Assembly (NCBI GenBank): GCA_035539155.1
Contig: DATLIZ010000041.1
Coordinates: 135,776 to 199,775, forward strand
Direction: 5' to 3'
DNA: 64,000 nt
Source of the DNA: Aliidongia sp.
Lineage (GTDB): Bacteria > Pseudomonadota > Alphaproteobacteria > ATCC43930 > CGMCC-115725
Positions 38,354-48,600 of the stretch are shown here, in pieces. The notes below the pieces were generated by a model, which had not been told where the DNA came from, ran no database searches, and saw nothing but the letters and a program-made list of their open reading frames with translations. Positions within the stretch are counted from its first letter, which is position 1, and each line of letters starts with the position of its first letter. The translations under genes were made by a program, and so were the position numbers.

Positions 38354-38743
38354 GTGACTGCCATGAGCAAGAGCGAGAAGTCTCCATCGGAGCTGATCGA
38401 CGAAAGGATCGCGGCGCTGGACGACTGGCGGGGCGAGTTGCTCTCCCGTCTCCGCGCCCTGATCAGGCAGGCCGTCCCCGAGGTAACCGAGGAATGGAAG
38501 TGGCGCGGGGTTCCGGTCTGGAGTCGCGACGGCATCGTCTGCACTGGCGAGACCTATAAAGCCGTCGTCAAGATGACCTTCGCCAAGGGGGCCGCCCTTG
38601 ATGACCCGTCAGGCCTCTTCAATTCGAGCCTCGACGGCAACACCAGACGCGCCATCGACTTCCGCGAGGGCGCGGAGATCGACGAGGCGGCGCTTAAGGC
38701 CCTCATTCGCGCGGCCGCGGCGCTGAACGCGTCCCGCGCTTGA
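38354..38743 (+). CDS. DUF1801 (YdhG-like) domain protein
   Basis: 129 aa; LDDWRGELLSRLRALI...WKWRGVPVWSRDGIV pattern. Confidence 0.6.
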   Translation: MTAMSKSEKSPSELIDERIAALDDWRGELLSRLRALIRQAVPEVTEEWKWRGVPVWSRDGIVCTGETYKAVVKMTFAKGAALDDPSGLFNSSLDGNTRRAIDFREGAEIDEAALKALIRAAAALNASRA

Positions 38744-38925
38744 TCGAGCACCCCAGGGCCTCGGCCTTGAAATCGACCGGGGCGGGCCTCATAAAGGAGG
38801 CCTTGAGCGAAGAGCACTTCTCGTCGACCGCTCAAGTCGAGCGTCTCAATCTTCCGAGCACACCCTTCCGGGCGGCCAGTAAGGCCGCCGGGTCAGTCTT
38901 CAACGACGACGGAAAGGAGCGCATC

Positions 38926-39615
38926 ATGAAAGTCCTGATGGTTCTCACCTCCCACGACCAGCTCGGCAACACGGGCCGGAAGACCGGTTTCTGGCTGGAG
39001 GAGTTGGCGGCCCCTTATTACGTCTTCAAGGATGCCGGCGCCCGGATTACCCTTGCATCTCCCAAGGGCGGACGCCCACCGCTCGACCCCAAAAGCAACG
39101 AGCCGAACTTCCAGACCGACATCACCCGTCGCTTCGAGAAGGATGCCGATGCCGAAGCCCAGCTCGACAGGACCGTGCGCCTCGATAGCGTCAAGCAGGA
39201 AGATTACGACACCGTCTTCTACCCTGGCGGTCATGGGCCGATGTGGGATCTCGCCGAAGACGAACACTCGATCAAGCTGATCGAATCCTTCCTGGCCGCC
39301 GGCAAGACCTTCGCATTGGTCTGTCACGCCCCCGGCGTGCTGCGTCATGTCAAGACCTCGGACGGCAAGCCGCTCGTCGCGGGCAAGACCGTGACCGGCT
39401 TCACCAATGGCGAGGAGGAGGAGGTCGGACTGACGAAGGTGGTGCCCTTTCTGGTCGAGGACGAGCTGATGAACCTCGGCGCCACTTTTTCCAAGATCAA
39501 GAACTGGGGCGTCCACACGGTGGCCGACGGCCAGCTGATCACCGGCCAGAATCCGGCCTCGTCGGGCCCGGCTGCCAAGCTTCTGATCGATACGCTGAAA
39601 AAGAGCAGCCTATAG
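38926..39615 (+). CDS. DJ-1/PfpI (type 1 glutamine amidotransferase-like) family protein
   Basis: MKVLMVLTSHD start; the CHAPG nucleophile-elbow motif (ALVCHAPGVL); about 229 aa. Confidence 0.8.
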   Translation: MKVLMVLTSHDQLGNTGRKTGFWLEELAAPYYVFKDAGARITLASPKGGRPPLDPKSNEPNFQTDITRRFEKDADAEAQLDRTVRLDSVKQEDYDTVFYPGGHGPMWDLAEDEHSIKLIESFLAAGKTFALVCHAPGVLRHVKTSDGKPLVAGKTVTGFTNGEEEEVGLTKVVPFLVEDELMNLGATFSKIKNWGVHTVADGQLITGQNPASSGPAAKLLIDTLKKSSL

Positions 39616-39632
39616 AGAGGGCCGCTGAAGTC

Positions 39633-39658
39633 GGGAGGCGCTGACATGCGCGCCTCCC
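39633..39658. terminator. GC hairpin between convergent genes (possible bidirectional terminator)
   Basis: gggaggcgc-tgacatg-gcgcctccc inverted repeat, 9-bp stem, with no clear U-tract. Confidence 0.3.
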
Positions 39659-40806
39659 TATCGCTTCCACATCCTGAGCCGCCGCGCCGCCTCCGCCATC
39701 CGGTCGGTCGCGCCGGCGAAGGAGAAGCGGACGAAATGGTGGCCGCGGCCGGAGTCGAAATCGATGCCCGGCGTGGCCGCCACCCCGGCCTCCTGCAGCA
39801 TGCGGCGGCAGAATTCCAGGCTGTCGTTTGTCAGGTGGCTGACATCGGCATAGAGGTAGAAGGCGCCGTCGGGCGGAGCGAAATGGGTGAAGCCCGCATG
39901 GGGCAGCTCGTTCAGCAGCAGGTCGCGGTTGGCGGCGTAGCGGCGGACATTGCCGTCGAGCTCGTCCCGGCAATCGAACGCCGCGACCGCGGCATGCTGC
40001 GACAGGCTTGGCGCCGAGATCACCAGATTCTGCGCCAGGCACTCGACCGAGCGGGCGAGATCGGGCGGCATCACCATCCAGCCGAGACGCCATCCCGTCA
40101 TCGAGAAATATTTGGAGAAGCTGTTGATCGCGACCGCCTCCGGCGCATGCGCCAGGATGGTCTGGGCCGGAGCGCCGTAGCCGATGCCGTGATAGATCTC
40201 GTCGGAGATGAGGCGGACGCCGTGGCTCCGGCACCAGGCGGCGAGCTCGACCAGCTCGGCATCGCCCAGCATGGTGCCGGTCGGGTTCGACGGGCTCGCG
40301 ACGATGAGGCCGTCGATCGGGCGATCGAGCCTGTCGAGCAGTCGCGGGCTCGGCTGAAACCGGTCTTCCGGCCCGGCCACGAGCTCGACCGGCTCGATAT
40401 CGAGCGCCGTCAGGATATGGCGATATGCGGGATATCCGGGGGCCGCCAGCGCCACCCGATCGCCGGCATCGAAGGCGGCGAGGAAGGCGAGCAGGAAGGC
40501 ACCCGAGGCGCCGACCGTGACCGCGATCCGCGCCGGATCGACCTCGATGCCGTGCTGCTCGGCATAGTGCCGCCCGATCCGCGCGCGCAGTTCGGGAATG
40601 CCGAGCGCGTCGGTATAACCCAACGGCCCGCTGCGCAGCATGCGTTCCGCCGCCTCGATCACCTTGGACGGGGCGCCGGTGCTCGGCTGGCCCACTTCGA
40701 GATGGACCACGTCCGCGCCGCCGGCGTCGAGGCGATTGGCCTCGCGCATCACGTCCATGACGATAAAGGGCGGGATCTGGCCCCGCTTGCCGAGCTTGAG
40801 CGTCAT
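39658..40806 (-). CDS. pyridoxal-phosphate-dependent aminotransferase (class I/II)
   Basis: 382 aa with SPSNPTG and SFSKYFSMTGWRLGW (PLP-Lys region) motifs. Confidence 0.85.
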   Translation of the reverse strand: MTLKLGKRGQIPPFIVMDVMREANRLDAGGADVVHLEVGQPSTGAPSKVIEAAERMLRSGPLGYTDALGIPELRARIGRHYAEQHGIEVDPARIAVTVGASGAFLLAFLAAFDAGDRVALAAPGYPAYRHILTALDIEPVELVAGPEDRFQPSPRLLDRLDRPIDGLIVASPSNPTGTMLGDAELVELAAWCRSHGVRLISDEIYHGIGYGAPAQTILAHAPEAVAINSFSKYFSMTGWRLGWMVMPPDLARSVECLAQNLVISAPSLSQHAAVAAFDCRDELDGNVRRYAANRDLLLNELPHAGFTHFAPPDGAFYLYADVSHLTNDSLEFCRRMLQEAGVAATPGIDFDSGRGHHFVRFSFAGATDRMAEAARRLRMWKR

Positions 40807-40810
40807 GCTG

Positions 40811-42247
40811 CTACCGCATCAGATTGTCCGCCTGGAGCGCGAAGCCGAAACCGCGCGGATCGCGGTCGAGCGCGCAGGCGCCGGGCGATCTCGGGAAGCC
40901 GCCGGCGCAATGGAAGCCGGCGATCCGGTCCGCCGCCGGGCTCGTGCCGCCGTCGCTGGGCGAACGGGGCGCGCTGAGCGCCGCCGAAAGCGGCTGCTTG
41001 CCGGCGAGCGTCAGGTAGGCGATCGCAGCCCCGTCGGCCGAGGCGCCGCCGCCCTCCCCGCCGCTCAGCACCAGATTGGTCTGCTCGCCTTCGCCGCCGA
41101 CGGCGATCACCGGCGCCAGCGAGGTCAGCACCGGCCCGTCGAAGGGCGAGGCGCCGTAGATGCCGAGATTCTCGATCAACTGGCCGGTGCCGAAGAGCTT
41201 GCCCATGCCGATGGTGCAGCTCACCACCTGGCCGCCGGCATCGGCGACGAGGAAGCCCGTGGTGGCGACCGCCTGGTCGGGCGCGTCGCCGCCGCCGGCC
41301 TGACGGGCGGCGGTGAAGGCGGCCGAGGCATCCTCGGGCCGGGCGCCGGCCAGCGCCTGCCAAGCCGCCTGGCCGAGCGCGCCGCCGCCGCCCTGGGCGA
41401 AGACGATCCGCCCGCCATTGCCGGCATCGGCAACGATGCCGGTCCGCCAGACCGGCACATAGGAGGCGAGCGCCTGGGCCGGGACGCCGGCGGCGACGAG
41501 CTCGCCGCCCAGGGAGCCGGTATAGAATTCGGTCGGGCCGCCGACCCGGAGGCGCGACAAGGTCTGCGCCACCCCTTGCTGCGGCAGCCTTTGCCCCGCT
41601 TCGAGCGGATTGCCGTTCGGCCCCTGGGCGTTGAGCCCGGCGGCGGCGAGATCGGCCAGAAGCTGCGATGTGATGGTGATGCCGTTCAAGGCCAGCTGCT
41701 CGACCGGGCCGACCGCCTGCTGCCAGCGCATCGTGCCGTAGCGCGCCTGCAGCGCCGCCATGCCGCGCACCAGCCCGGGCACGGGCAGCGCCGAGCCGGC
41801 GATCGTCTGCGGCAGGAAGTCCAGTTCCTCGATCCGGCTGTTGCCGTCGCCCTTGACCAGGCAGACGCCGCCGCCATCGAGGCTGGCGCGCCCCGGCTCG
41901 GTCGCGGTGAGCGTCACGGCGATAACGACCGCGGCATCGGCCGCCCGGCCGCCCGAGCCGAGCGCGCGCCGGGCGAGATCGACCGCCTGCGGATCGTCGG
42001 CCACGATCGCGCCCAGATAGCGGCTCGACATTCCTTCGGGCGCGCTCTCCGACGAGCCGATCCCGACCGTGTCGCGAATCGAGTCGCAACCGCTGGCCAA
42101 GAGCGCGAGCACGGCGAGGCTCGCGGCTGCCGTGTGGCGGGTTCTGCCGGTCGGGGCGGGACCGGTCGGGACTGCGCATTGACGCAGGGAGGTGATTCGC
42201 TCGATTATGGCGGACCTCGCTAGGATGCCGCTCTTGATGAATGCCAT
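40811..42247 (-). CDS. gamma-glutamyltransferase-like family lipoprotein (start uncertain)
   Basis: Lipobox LLASGC, followed by a GGT-like fold with Gly-rich segments. The 5' end overlaps the divergent M48 ORF, so the true start is probably internal (GTG or TTG). Confidence 0.55.
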   Translation of the reverse strand: MAFIKSGILARSAIIERITSLRQCAVPTGPAPTGRTRHTAAASLAVLALLASGCDSIRDTVGIGSSESAPEGMSSRYLGAIVADDPQAVDLARRALGSGGRAADAAVVIAVTLTATEPGRASLDGGGVCLVKGDGNSRIEELDFLPQTIAGSALPVPGLVRGMAALQARYGTMRWQQAVGPVEQLALNGITITSQLLADLAAAGLNAQGPNGNPLEAGQRLPQQGVAQTLSRLRVGGPTEFYTGSLGGELVAAGVPAQALASYVPVWRTGIVADAGNGGRIVFAQGGGGALGQAAWQALAGARPEDASAAFTAARQAGGGDAPDQAVATTGFLVADAGGQVVSCTIGMGKLFGTGQLIENLGIYGASPFDGPVLTSLAPVIAVGGEGEQTNLVLSGGEGGGASADGAAIAYLTLAGKQPLSAALSAPRSPSDGGTSPAADRIAGFHCAGGFPRSPGACALDRDPRGFGFALQADNLMR

Positions 42248-43592
42248 GCTCTTCCGGGCCCTCGCCTTTGCTGCAGCACTGCTCCTGGCGTCAGGCCGAC
42301 CGGCCGCGGCTCAGGAAGCTCCGGGGCTGATCCGCGACGCGGAGATCGAATCTCTCATCCGCGACTATGCCACGCCGCTGTGGAAGGCGGCGGGTCTCGA
42401 TGCGGAATTCGTGCAGGTGTATTTGGTCAACGACCCGCATATCAATGCCTTCGTTGCGGACGGGCAGCGTTTGTTCATCCATACCGGGCTCCTGATGAAG
42501 GCGGACCGTCCGAATATGGTCATCGGCGTCATCGCGCATGAGACCGGCCACATCGCCGGCGGCCATCTGGTGCGCGTCCAGGAAGCGCTGGAAAACGCCA
42601 CGGCGCAGAGCATCATCGCCTTCCTGATCGGCGCCGCCGGCGCCGTCGTCACCCGCAACGGCGCCGTTGCCGCCGCCGGCCTCGATGCCGGCCAGAGCTT
42701 CGGGCTGCACACGATCCTGGCTTATTCCGTGGGGCAGGAAGCGCGCGCGGATGCCGCCGGCCTGACATTCCTCGACAAGACCCACCAATCGGCGCGCGGC
42801 CTGCTCGATTTCTTCCGGATGCTGGAGAAGGAGGAGCTGCTGGTGCCGGCGCAGCAGGATCCCTATCTGCGCACCCATCCGCTGACCAGCGAGCGAATCG
42901 ACGTGGTCGCGGCCCACGTCGCCAAATCGCCCTGGTCGGACGCCAAGGATTCGCCCGAGCTGATCGACCGGCACAACCGGATGCTGGCGAAGCTGCGCGG
43001 CTTCCTCATGTCGCCGAGCCAGGCGCTGGAGATGTATCCGGCCACGGACAAGAGCAGCTATGCCCGCTACGCCCGGGCTGCGGCGTATCACCGCGTCCCC
43101 ATGGAGGAGCGCGCGCTCGGCGAGATCGACAGCCTGCTCAAGGAAAAGCCGGACGATCCCTATTACAACGAGCTGCACGGCCAGATCCTGTTCGAGGGCG
43201 GCAAGCCGGCCGATGCGGTCGAGCCCTACAAGAAGGCGGTGAAGTCGCTGCCGGACAGCGCGCTCATGCTGATGGAGCTGTCGCAGGCCGAGCTGGAGGT
43301 GCCGAACAACGATGCCATGAACCAGGATGCGCTGAAGAATCTGCGCCAGTCGGTCAAGCTCGACAATACCAGCACCGATACCTGGCACCTGCTCGGCATC
43401 GCCGAGGGCCGCGCCGGCAATATCGGCCAGGCCGCCCTGGCGCTCGCCGAGGAAGGCATCCTGGCGGGCGACCTGAAGCAGGCCTCGCAGCAGGCCACCC
43501 GCGCCACCGAGCTGCTGCCGCGCGGCACGCCCGGCTGGATCCGCGCCGAGGATATCCGTACCTCGGTCAAGAACGAGCGGGATCGGTCGTAA
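42192..43592 (+). CDS. M48 family metallopeptidase with C-terminal TPR repeats (BepA-like)
   Basis: Signal peptide, a HEXXH motif (IAHETGHIAGGH), and TPR-like C-terminal repeats. The start may be at 42225 or 42237. Confidence 0.8.
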   Translation: MIRSIMADLARMPLLMNAMLFRALAFAAALLLASGRPAAAQEAPGLIRDAEIESLIRDYATPLWKAAGLDAEFVQVYLVNDPHINAFVADGQRLFIHTGLLMKADRPNMVIGVIAHETGHIAGGHLVRVQEALENATAQSIIAFLIGAAGAVVTRNGAVAAAGLDAGQSFGLHTILAYSVGQEARADAAGLTFLDKTHQSARGLLDFFRMLEKEELLVPAQQDPYLRTHPLTSERIDVVAAHVAKSPWSDAKDSPELIDRHNRMLAKLRGFLMSPSQALEMYPATDKSSYARYARAAAYHRVPMEERALGEIDSLLKEKPDDPYYNELHGQILFEGGKPADAVEPYKKAVKSLPDSALMLMELSQAELEVPNNDAMNQDALKNLRQSVKLDNTSTDTWHLLGIAEGRAGNIGQAALALAEEGILAGDLKQASQQATRATELLPRGTPGWIRAEDIRTSVKNERDRS

Positions 43593-44682
43593 TCTCCGTG
43601 GTGATTGAGTAGGGCGCGAACTCGGCCGCGATCCGGTCGAGCGTCAGCAGCCCGACGCACGGCATGGCCCCGGTCCGATCGATCTCGCCCGCGAGCATGA
43701 GGCGGATGAGCGCGAGCGCCGGCAGGGTCGGGATGACCGGCCCGTCCCCCGCCTCGGCGACGAGCGTCCAGCGCGCCATGCGCCGCGCCCCCTCCTCATC
43801 GAGCCCGGCCGCCTCGACCACCATGCCGCCGCGATCGCTGCCGCAGCCGATGAGGAGATCGGCGAAGCGCCGCGCGAGGCCGCTCAAGGGCGCCAGCGAG
43901 GGCAGCAGCCCGAGCCGCACCGGCCACCCCGCCGCCGCGAGCCCCAGATGCAGCAGGCCGAGCTCGAGCCCGGCACGGAAGATCACCGTGTCGCGCACTG
44001 CGAAGCGCGCGGGCATGAGATCGAGATCCGGGGTCTCGCACAGCGACAGCCAGCGCCGGCCCAGCCCCTCGATCGACGGCCGCGCGAGCAGGCTCCAGCC
44101 GGGTGCCGTCTGCCAGCGCCCGTCGCGGAACAGCCGAACCGGCCGGCCGACATAGGAGAGGATCGCGCGCACGACCGCCTCGCCGCGCGGCGCCCGGTTG
44201 CCGGGCGCGATCGCGATTTCGATCCGGTCGACGCGCCGCCAGCCTTGCACCAGCGCGTCGGCCACGGCGTTGGAGAGGGCCGGCGTCGAGCTGGCGCCGG
44301 TGACGGCGAGCACGCCCCGCGCCTTGGCCGCTTGGTCGAGGGTCGCGAAGCCCGCGACGAAATCGCGCGCATCGGCGAGATCGACATAATGCATCCCGGC
44401 CGCGATCGCGGTCGCTGCGGCGCCGAAATCGGCGCCCTGAAACGGTCCGGCGGCATCGACCAGGATGCCGGCCCCGGTGGCTTCGAGCAGGGGGGCCGTG
44501 AGCGCGCGCCGATCGAGGCGGAGCGCCGAGGCGCGGCCGGGCGGCAGGCTGGCGGCGAACCGCTCCGCCGTCGCCAGCGTCCGGCCGGCGATGACGATGG
44601 CACAGCCGGTGCTGGTGACCAGCCCTTGGACGAGTCTGCGGCCGAATGCACCGGTACCGCCGATAATCAGGATCTTTTGCAT
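43567..44682 (-). CDS. saccharopine dehydrogenase-like NAD(P)-binding protein
   Basis: MQKILIIGGTGAFGRRL Rossmann N-terminus; 371 aa. Confidence 0.7.
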   Translation of the reverse strand: MQKILIIGGTGAFGRRLVQGLVTSTGCAIVIAGRTLATAERFAASLPPGRASALRLDRRALTAPLLEATGAGILVDAAGPFQGADFGAAATAIAAGMHYVDLADARDFVAGFATLDQAAKARGVLAVTGASSTPALSNAVADALVQGWRRVDRIEIAIAPGNRAPRGEAVVRAILSYVGRPVRLFRDGRWQTAPGWSLLARPSIEGLGRRWLSLCETPDLDLMPARFAVRDTVIFRAGLELGLLHLGLAAAGWPVRLGLLPSLAPLSGLARRFADLLIGCGSDRGGMVVEAAGLDEEGARRMARWTLVAEAGDGPVIPTLPALALIRLMLAGEIDRTGAMPCVGLLTLDRIAAEFAPYSITTEITTDPARS

Positions 44683-44742
44683 TCTTGCCGCGCCGAATCC
44701 CGGCCCCTATGGTTGCGTCGCCCGTTGAAGGACCCTTTGCCC

Positions 44743-45504
44743 ATGACCTCGTTCCGCCGCCTGGCCCTCTTCGCCGCGCTCGCCGCCGGCCTGCTGCCGA
44801 CCCTCGTGCGCGCCGCCGACCCCGCGCCCGCTCTCGCCCCGGCGCAGCAGGATCAGGTCAATCAGATGATCCATGATTATCTGCTGAGCAATCCCAAGGT
44901 GCTGATCGAGGCGCTGGAGAAGGCCGAGGCCGAGATGCGCGCCCAGGAAAAGGCGAAGGCGCAGGAAGCGGTCGGCGCGCGCCGCGAGGAGCTGAACAAC
45001 GACCCGACCTCGCCGGTGATCGGCAATCCCAAGGGCGACGTGACCATCGTCGAGTTCTTCGATTACCGCTGCCCCTATTGCAAGAGCTCGGCGCCGATGA
45101 TCGAGACGCTGCTGGCCGAGGATAAGGGCGTGCGCCTGGTGCTGAAGGACTTCCCGATCCTCGGCAAGGAGTCGGTCTTCGCCTCGCGCGTGGCGCTGGT
45201 CACGGCCAAGCACGGCAAATATCCGGATTTCTACAAGGCGATGTTCGCGCTGAAGACGCAAGTGACCGAGGAATCGACGCTCGATGTGGTGAAATCGATC
45301 GGGCTCGATCCGGCTGCGGTGAAGCAGGAGATGGAAGCCGCCGACATCGATGCGATCCTGAAGCATAACTACGATCTCGGCCGCGCGCTCGGCGCCGACG
45401 GCACGCCCGCCTTCGTCATCGGCGATTCCGTCACCTCGGGTGCGCTTACCGGCGAGGAACTGCGCGGAAAGATCGCAGCCCTGCGCGCCAAGCAGCCGAG
45501 CTGA
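44743..45504 (+). CDS. DsbA family thiol:disulfide oxidoreductase
   Basis: Signal peptide and a CPYC active site (FFDYRCPYCK); 253 aa. Confidence 0.85.
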   Translation: MTSFRRLALFAALAAGLLPTLVRAADPAPALAPAQQDQVNQMIHDYLLSNPKVLIEALEKAEAEMRAQEKAKAQEAVGARREELNNDPTSPVIGNPKGDVTIVEFFDYRCPYCKSSAPMIETLLAEDKGVRLVLKDFPILGKESVFASRVALVTAKHGKYPDFYKAMFALKTQVTEESTLDVVKSIGLDPAAVKQEMEAADIDAILKHNYDLGRALGADGTPAFVIGDSVTSGALTGEELRGKIAALRAKQPS

Positions 45505-45612
45505 ACGGCCGCCTGACGGTTGCGTCCACCGCCCGGCTCGGCCAAGATCCGAGCCCGGCCGCGACTCTTTTCGAGGACGGCTTCCCCGTCGTCCTTGGCA
45601 TAACGAGTCCCG

Positions 45613-48600
45613 ATGAAATTGCGCCGTCTTGCCGTCAGCCTCGCCGCCCTGTGCACGGTCCTGGCCGGCCCCGCCCTGGCCGAAGGCTATTTCCGCTATC
45701 CGACGCTGGCCGGCGACACGGTGCTGTTCACCGCCGAGGGCGATCTGTGGAGCGTGCCGCTGGCCGGCGGCCGCGCCGCCCGCCTCACCACCCACCCGGC
45801 CGAGGAGACCAATGCCGTGGCCTCCCCCGATGGCAAGGAGGTCGCCTTCAGCGCCGCCTATGACGGGCCGATCGAGGTCTATGTCATGCCGGTCGCGGGC
45901 GGCCGCCCCCGCCGCGTGAGCTTCGAGGGCAATCGCAGCGTCGCCGTCGGCTGGACGCCCTCGGGCGAGGTGCTCTATTCGACCCAGAGCGCCAACGGCC
46001 CGTCCGACCAGCGCGTCATCGTCGCGGTCGATCCCAAGAGCCTGAAGCGCCACACGCTGCCGCTCGCCGACGCCAATGACGCCGCCGTCAGCCTGGACGG
46101 CAAGAGCGTCTATTTCACCCGCTTCGGCCTCGCCGTCTCGAACGACAATGCCCGCTTCTATCGCGGCGGCCTGTTGTCGCGGCTCTGGCGCTTCGGCCTC
46201 GACGGCGCGCACGAGGCCGAGCCGCTGCCGGTCACCGACAAGGCCAACGACCGCCGGCCGATGCCGCTCGGCGACCGGGTCTATTTCCTCTCCGACCGCG
46301 ACGGGCCGGATAATCTCTGGTCGATGAACGCCGATGGCGGCGACCGGCGGCAGCTGACCCATTACACCGATTTCGGCATCCGCAGCGCCAGCCTGGCGCA
46401 GGGCAGGATCGTCTATCAGCTCGGCGCCGACCTGCATGTCTACGACGCCATCACCGACACCGACAAAACGCTCGCCATCGACCTCGCCTCGGATTTCGAC
46501 CAGGAGCGGCCGCACGCGGTCAAGAACCCGCTCGATTTCTACGAGGCGGCGCATTTCGCCCCCGATGGCGAGCATGTCGCCGTGACCGCCTTGGGCCATG
46601 TGGCCCTGATGGGCGTCGGCCCGCTGCGTCGGGTCGAGGTCGCGACCCGGCCCGAAAGCCGCGCGCGCGGCGCGGTCGTCAGCCCGGACGGGAAATGGGT
46701 CTATGCCTTCTCCGAGACCGGCGACGCCAACGAGATCTGGCGCTTCGCCGCCGACGGCAGCCCCGACCGCAAGCAGCTGACCAAGGATGCGGCGGGCTTC
46801 CGCACCGACCTCTGGCCCGCGCCCGACGGCAAGAGCCTGGCGCACGCCACCGCCGATGGAAAACTGTTCCTGCTCGATCTCGGCAGCGGCGACAATCAGC
46901 TGATCGACACCGCCACCGGCGCCGATCTCGACACGGTCGTCTGGTCCGCCGACAGCAAGCATCTGGCCTTCGTCCGCTCGGATTCCGATGTCGAGCGTGC
47001 CCAGCTCTTCCTCTACGAGCCCGCGACCAAGACCAAGCAGCGGCTGACCACCGACAAGTATGAATCCAAGGCGCCCGCCTTCACGCCCGACGGTAAATGG
47101 CTCTATTTCCTGTCTGACCGCCATTTCGAGAGCCGCAACCACGCGCCCTGGGGCGACCGCAACCTCGGCCCCTATTTCGACCGGCGCGCCCAGATCTACG
47201 CGCTGGCGCTGCAGGCGGACGAACGCTTCCCGTTCCTTCCGAAGACCGAGCTGACGCAGGACGACAAGAAAGACGCGGACAAGAAAGACTCCGACAAGAA
47301 GGACGGCGACAAGGACAAGAAGGACGATAAGAAGTCCGAGGACAAGAAGGCCGACGACAAGCCCGGCCACGATGCCGGCCCCGCCATCGAGTGGAACGGC
47401 CTCGCCGACCGGCTTTACGAGGTGCCGATGGCACCCGGCAATTTCGAGGCGCTGGAGACCGACGGCAAGCGCCTCTATGTCCTCGACGATGACGGCGGCG
47501 GCGAGCACAAGGTGCTGAAGACGCTGCCGATCGAGGACAAGGATCCGAAGCCCGTCGATTTCCTCGGCAACGTCCGCGACTTCACGCTCTCGGGCGACCG
47601 CAAGAAGATCTTCGTCCGCCGCTGGGCGCCCAGCGACAAGATCGGCGACATGCTGATCCTCGACGCCGGCGCCAAGGCCCCGGGCGACCTCGACCCGGCC
47701 AAGGTGCGCACCGACGGCTGGACGCTCGAGGTCGATCCCCGCGAGGAATGGCGCGAGATCTTCGCCGATGCCTGGCGGCTCCACCGCGATTTCTTCTACG
47801 ACGCCAAGCTCCACGATCTCGACTGGGCCAGGGTCCGGGCGAAATACGCGCCGCTGGTCGAGCGCGTGACCGACCGCAGCGAGCTGAACGACGTGCTGGG
47901 CCAGATGATGGCCGAGCTGGGCGCGCTCCATTCCCAGATCATCCCGGGCGACCTGCGCAAGGCCCAGGATGGCGGCCAGCCGGGCTTCCTCGGCGCCCGG
48001 CTCGAGCGCGAGGCCGAGGGCTATCGCATCGCCCATATCTTCCGCACCGACCCCGAGCTGCCGAACGACCGCGCGCCGCTGGCCCGCCCCGGCACCGACG
48101 CCAAGGAGGGCGATCTCGTCACCGCCGTCAACGGCCGCCCGGCGACCGACGGCGACGACATCGCCCTGCTGCTCGCGAACCAGGCCGGCCAGCAGGTGCT
48201 GCTGACGCTGAAGCGCGGCGACAGGCAGGTGAAGACGATCGTCACCGCCATCGACGCCCGCGGCGAATCGAGCCTGCGCTACAGCGATTGGGAGGAGGAG
48301 CGCCGCGCCAAGGTGCTGGCCGCCGGCCAGGGCAAGGTCGGCTATCTGCATCTGCGCGCGATGGGGCCCGAGGACATCGCCACCTTCGCCCGCGAATTCT
48401 ACGCCCAGTACGACCGCGACGCGCTCATCATCGATGTCCGCCGCAACAATGGCGGCAATATCGACAGCTGGGTGATCGAGAAGCTGCTGCGCCGCGCCTG
48501 GGCCTTCTGGAAGCCGCGCCTCGGCACCCGCCACGGCACCAACATGCAGCAGACCTTCCGCGGCCATCTGGCCGTGCTGATCGACGAGCGCACCTATTCC

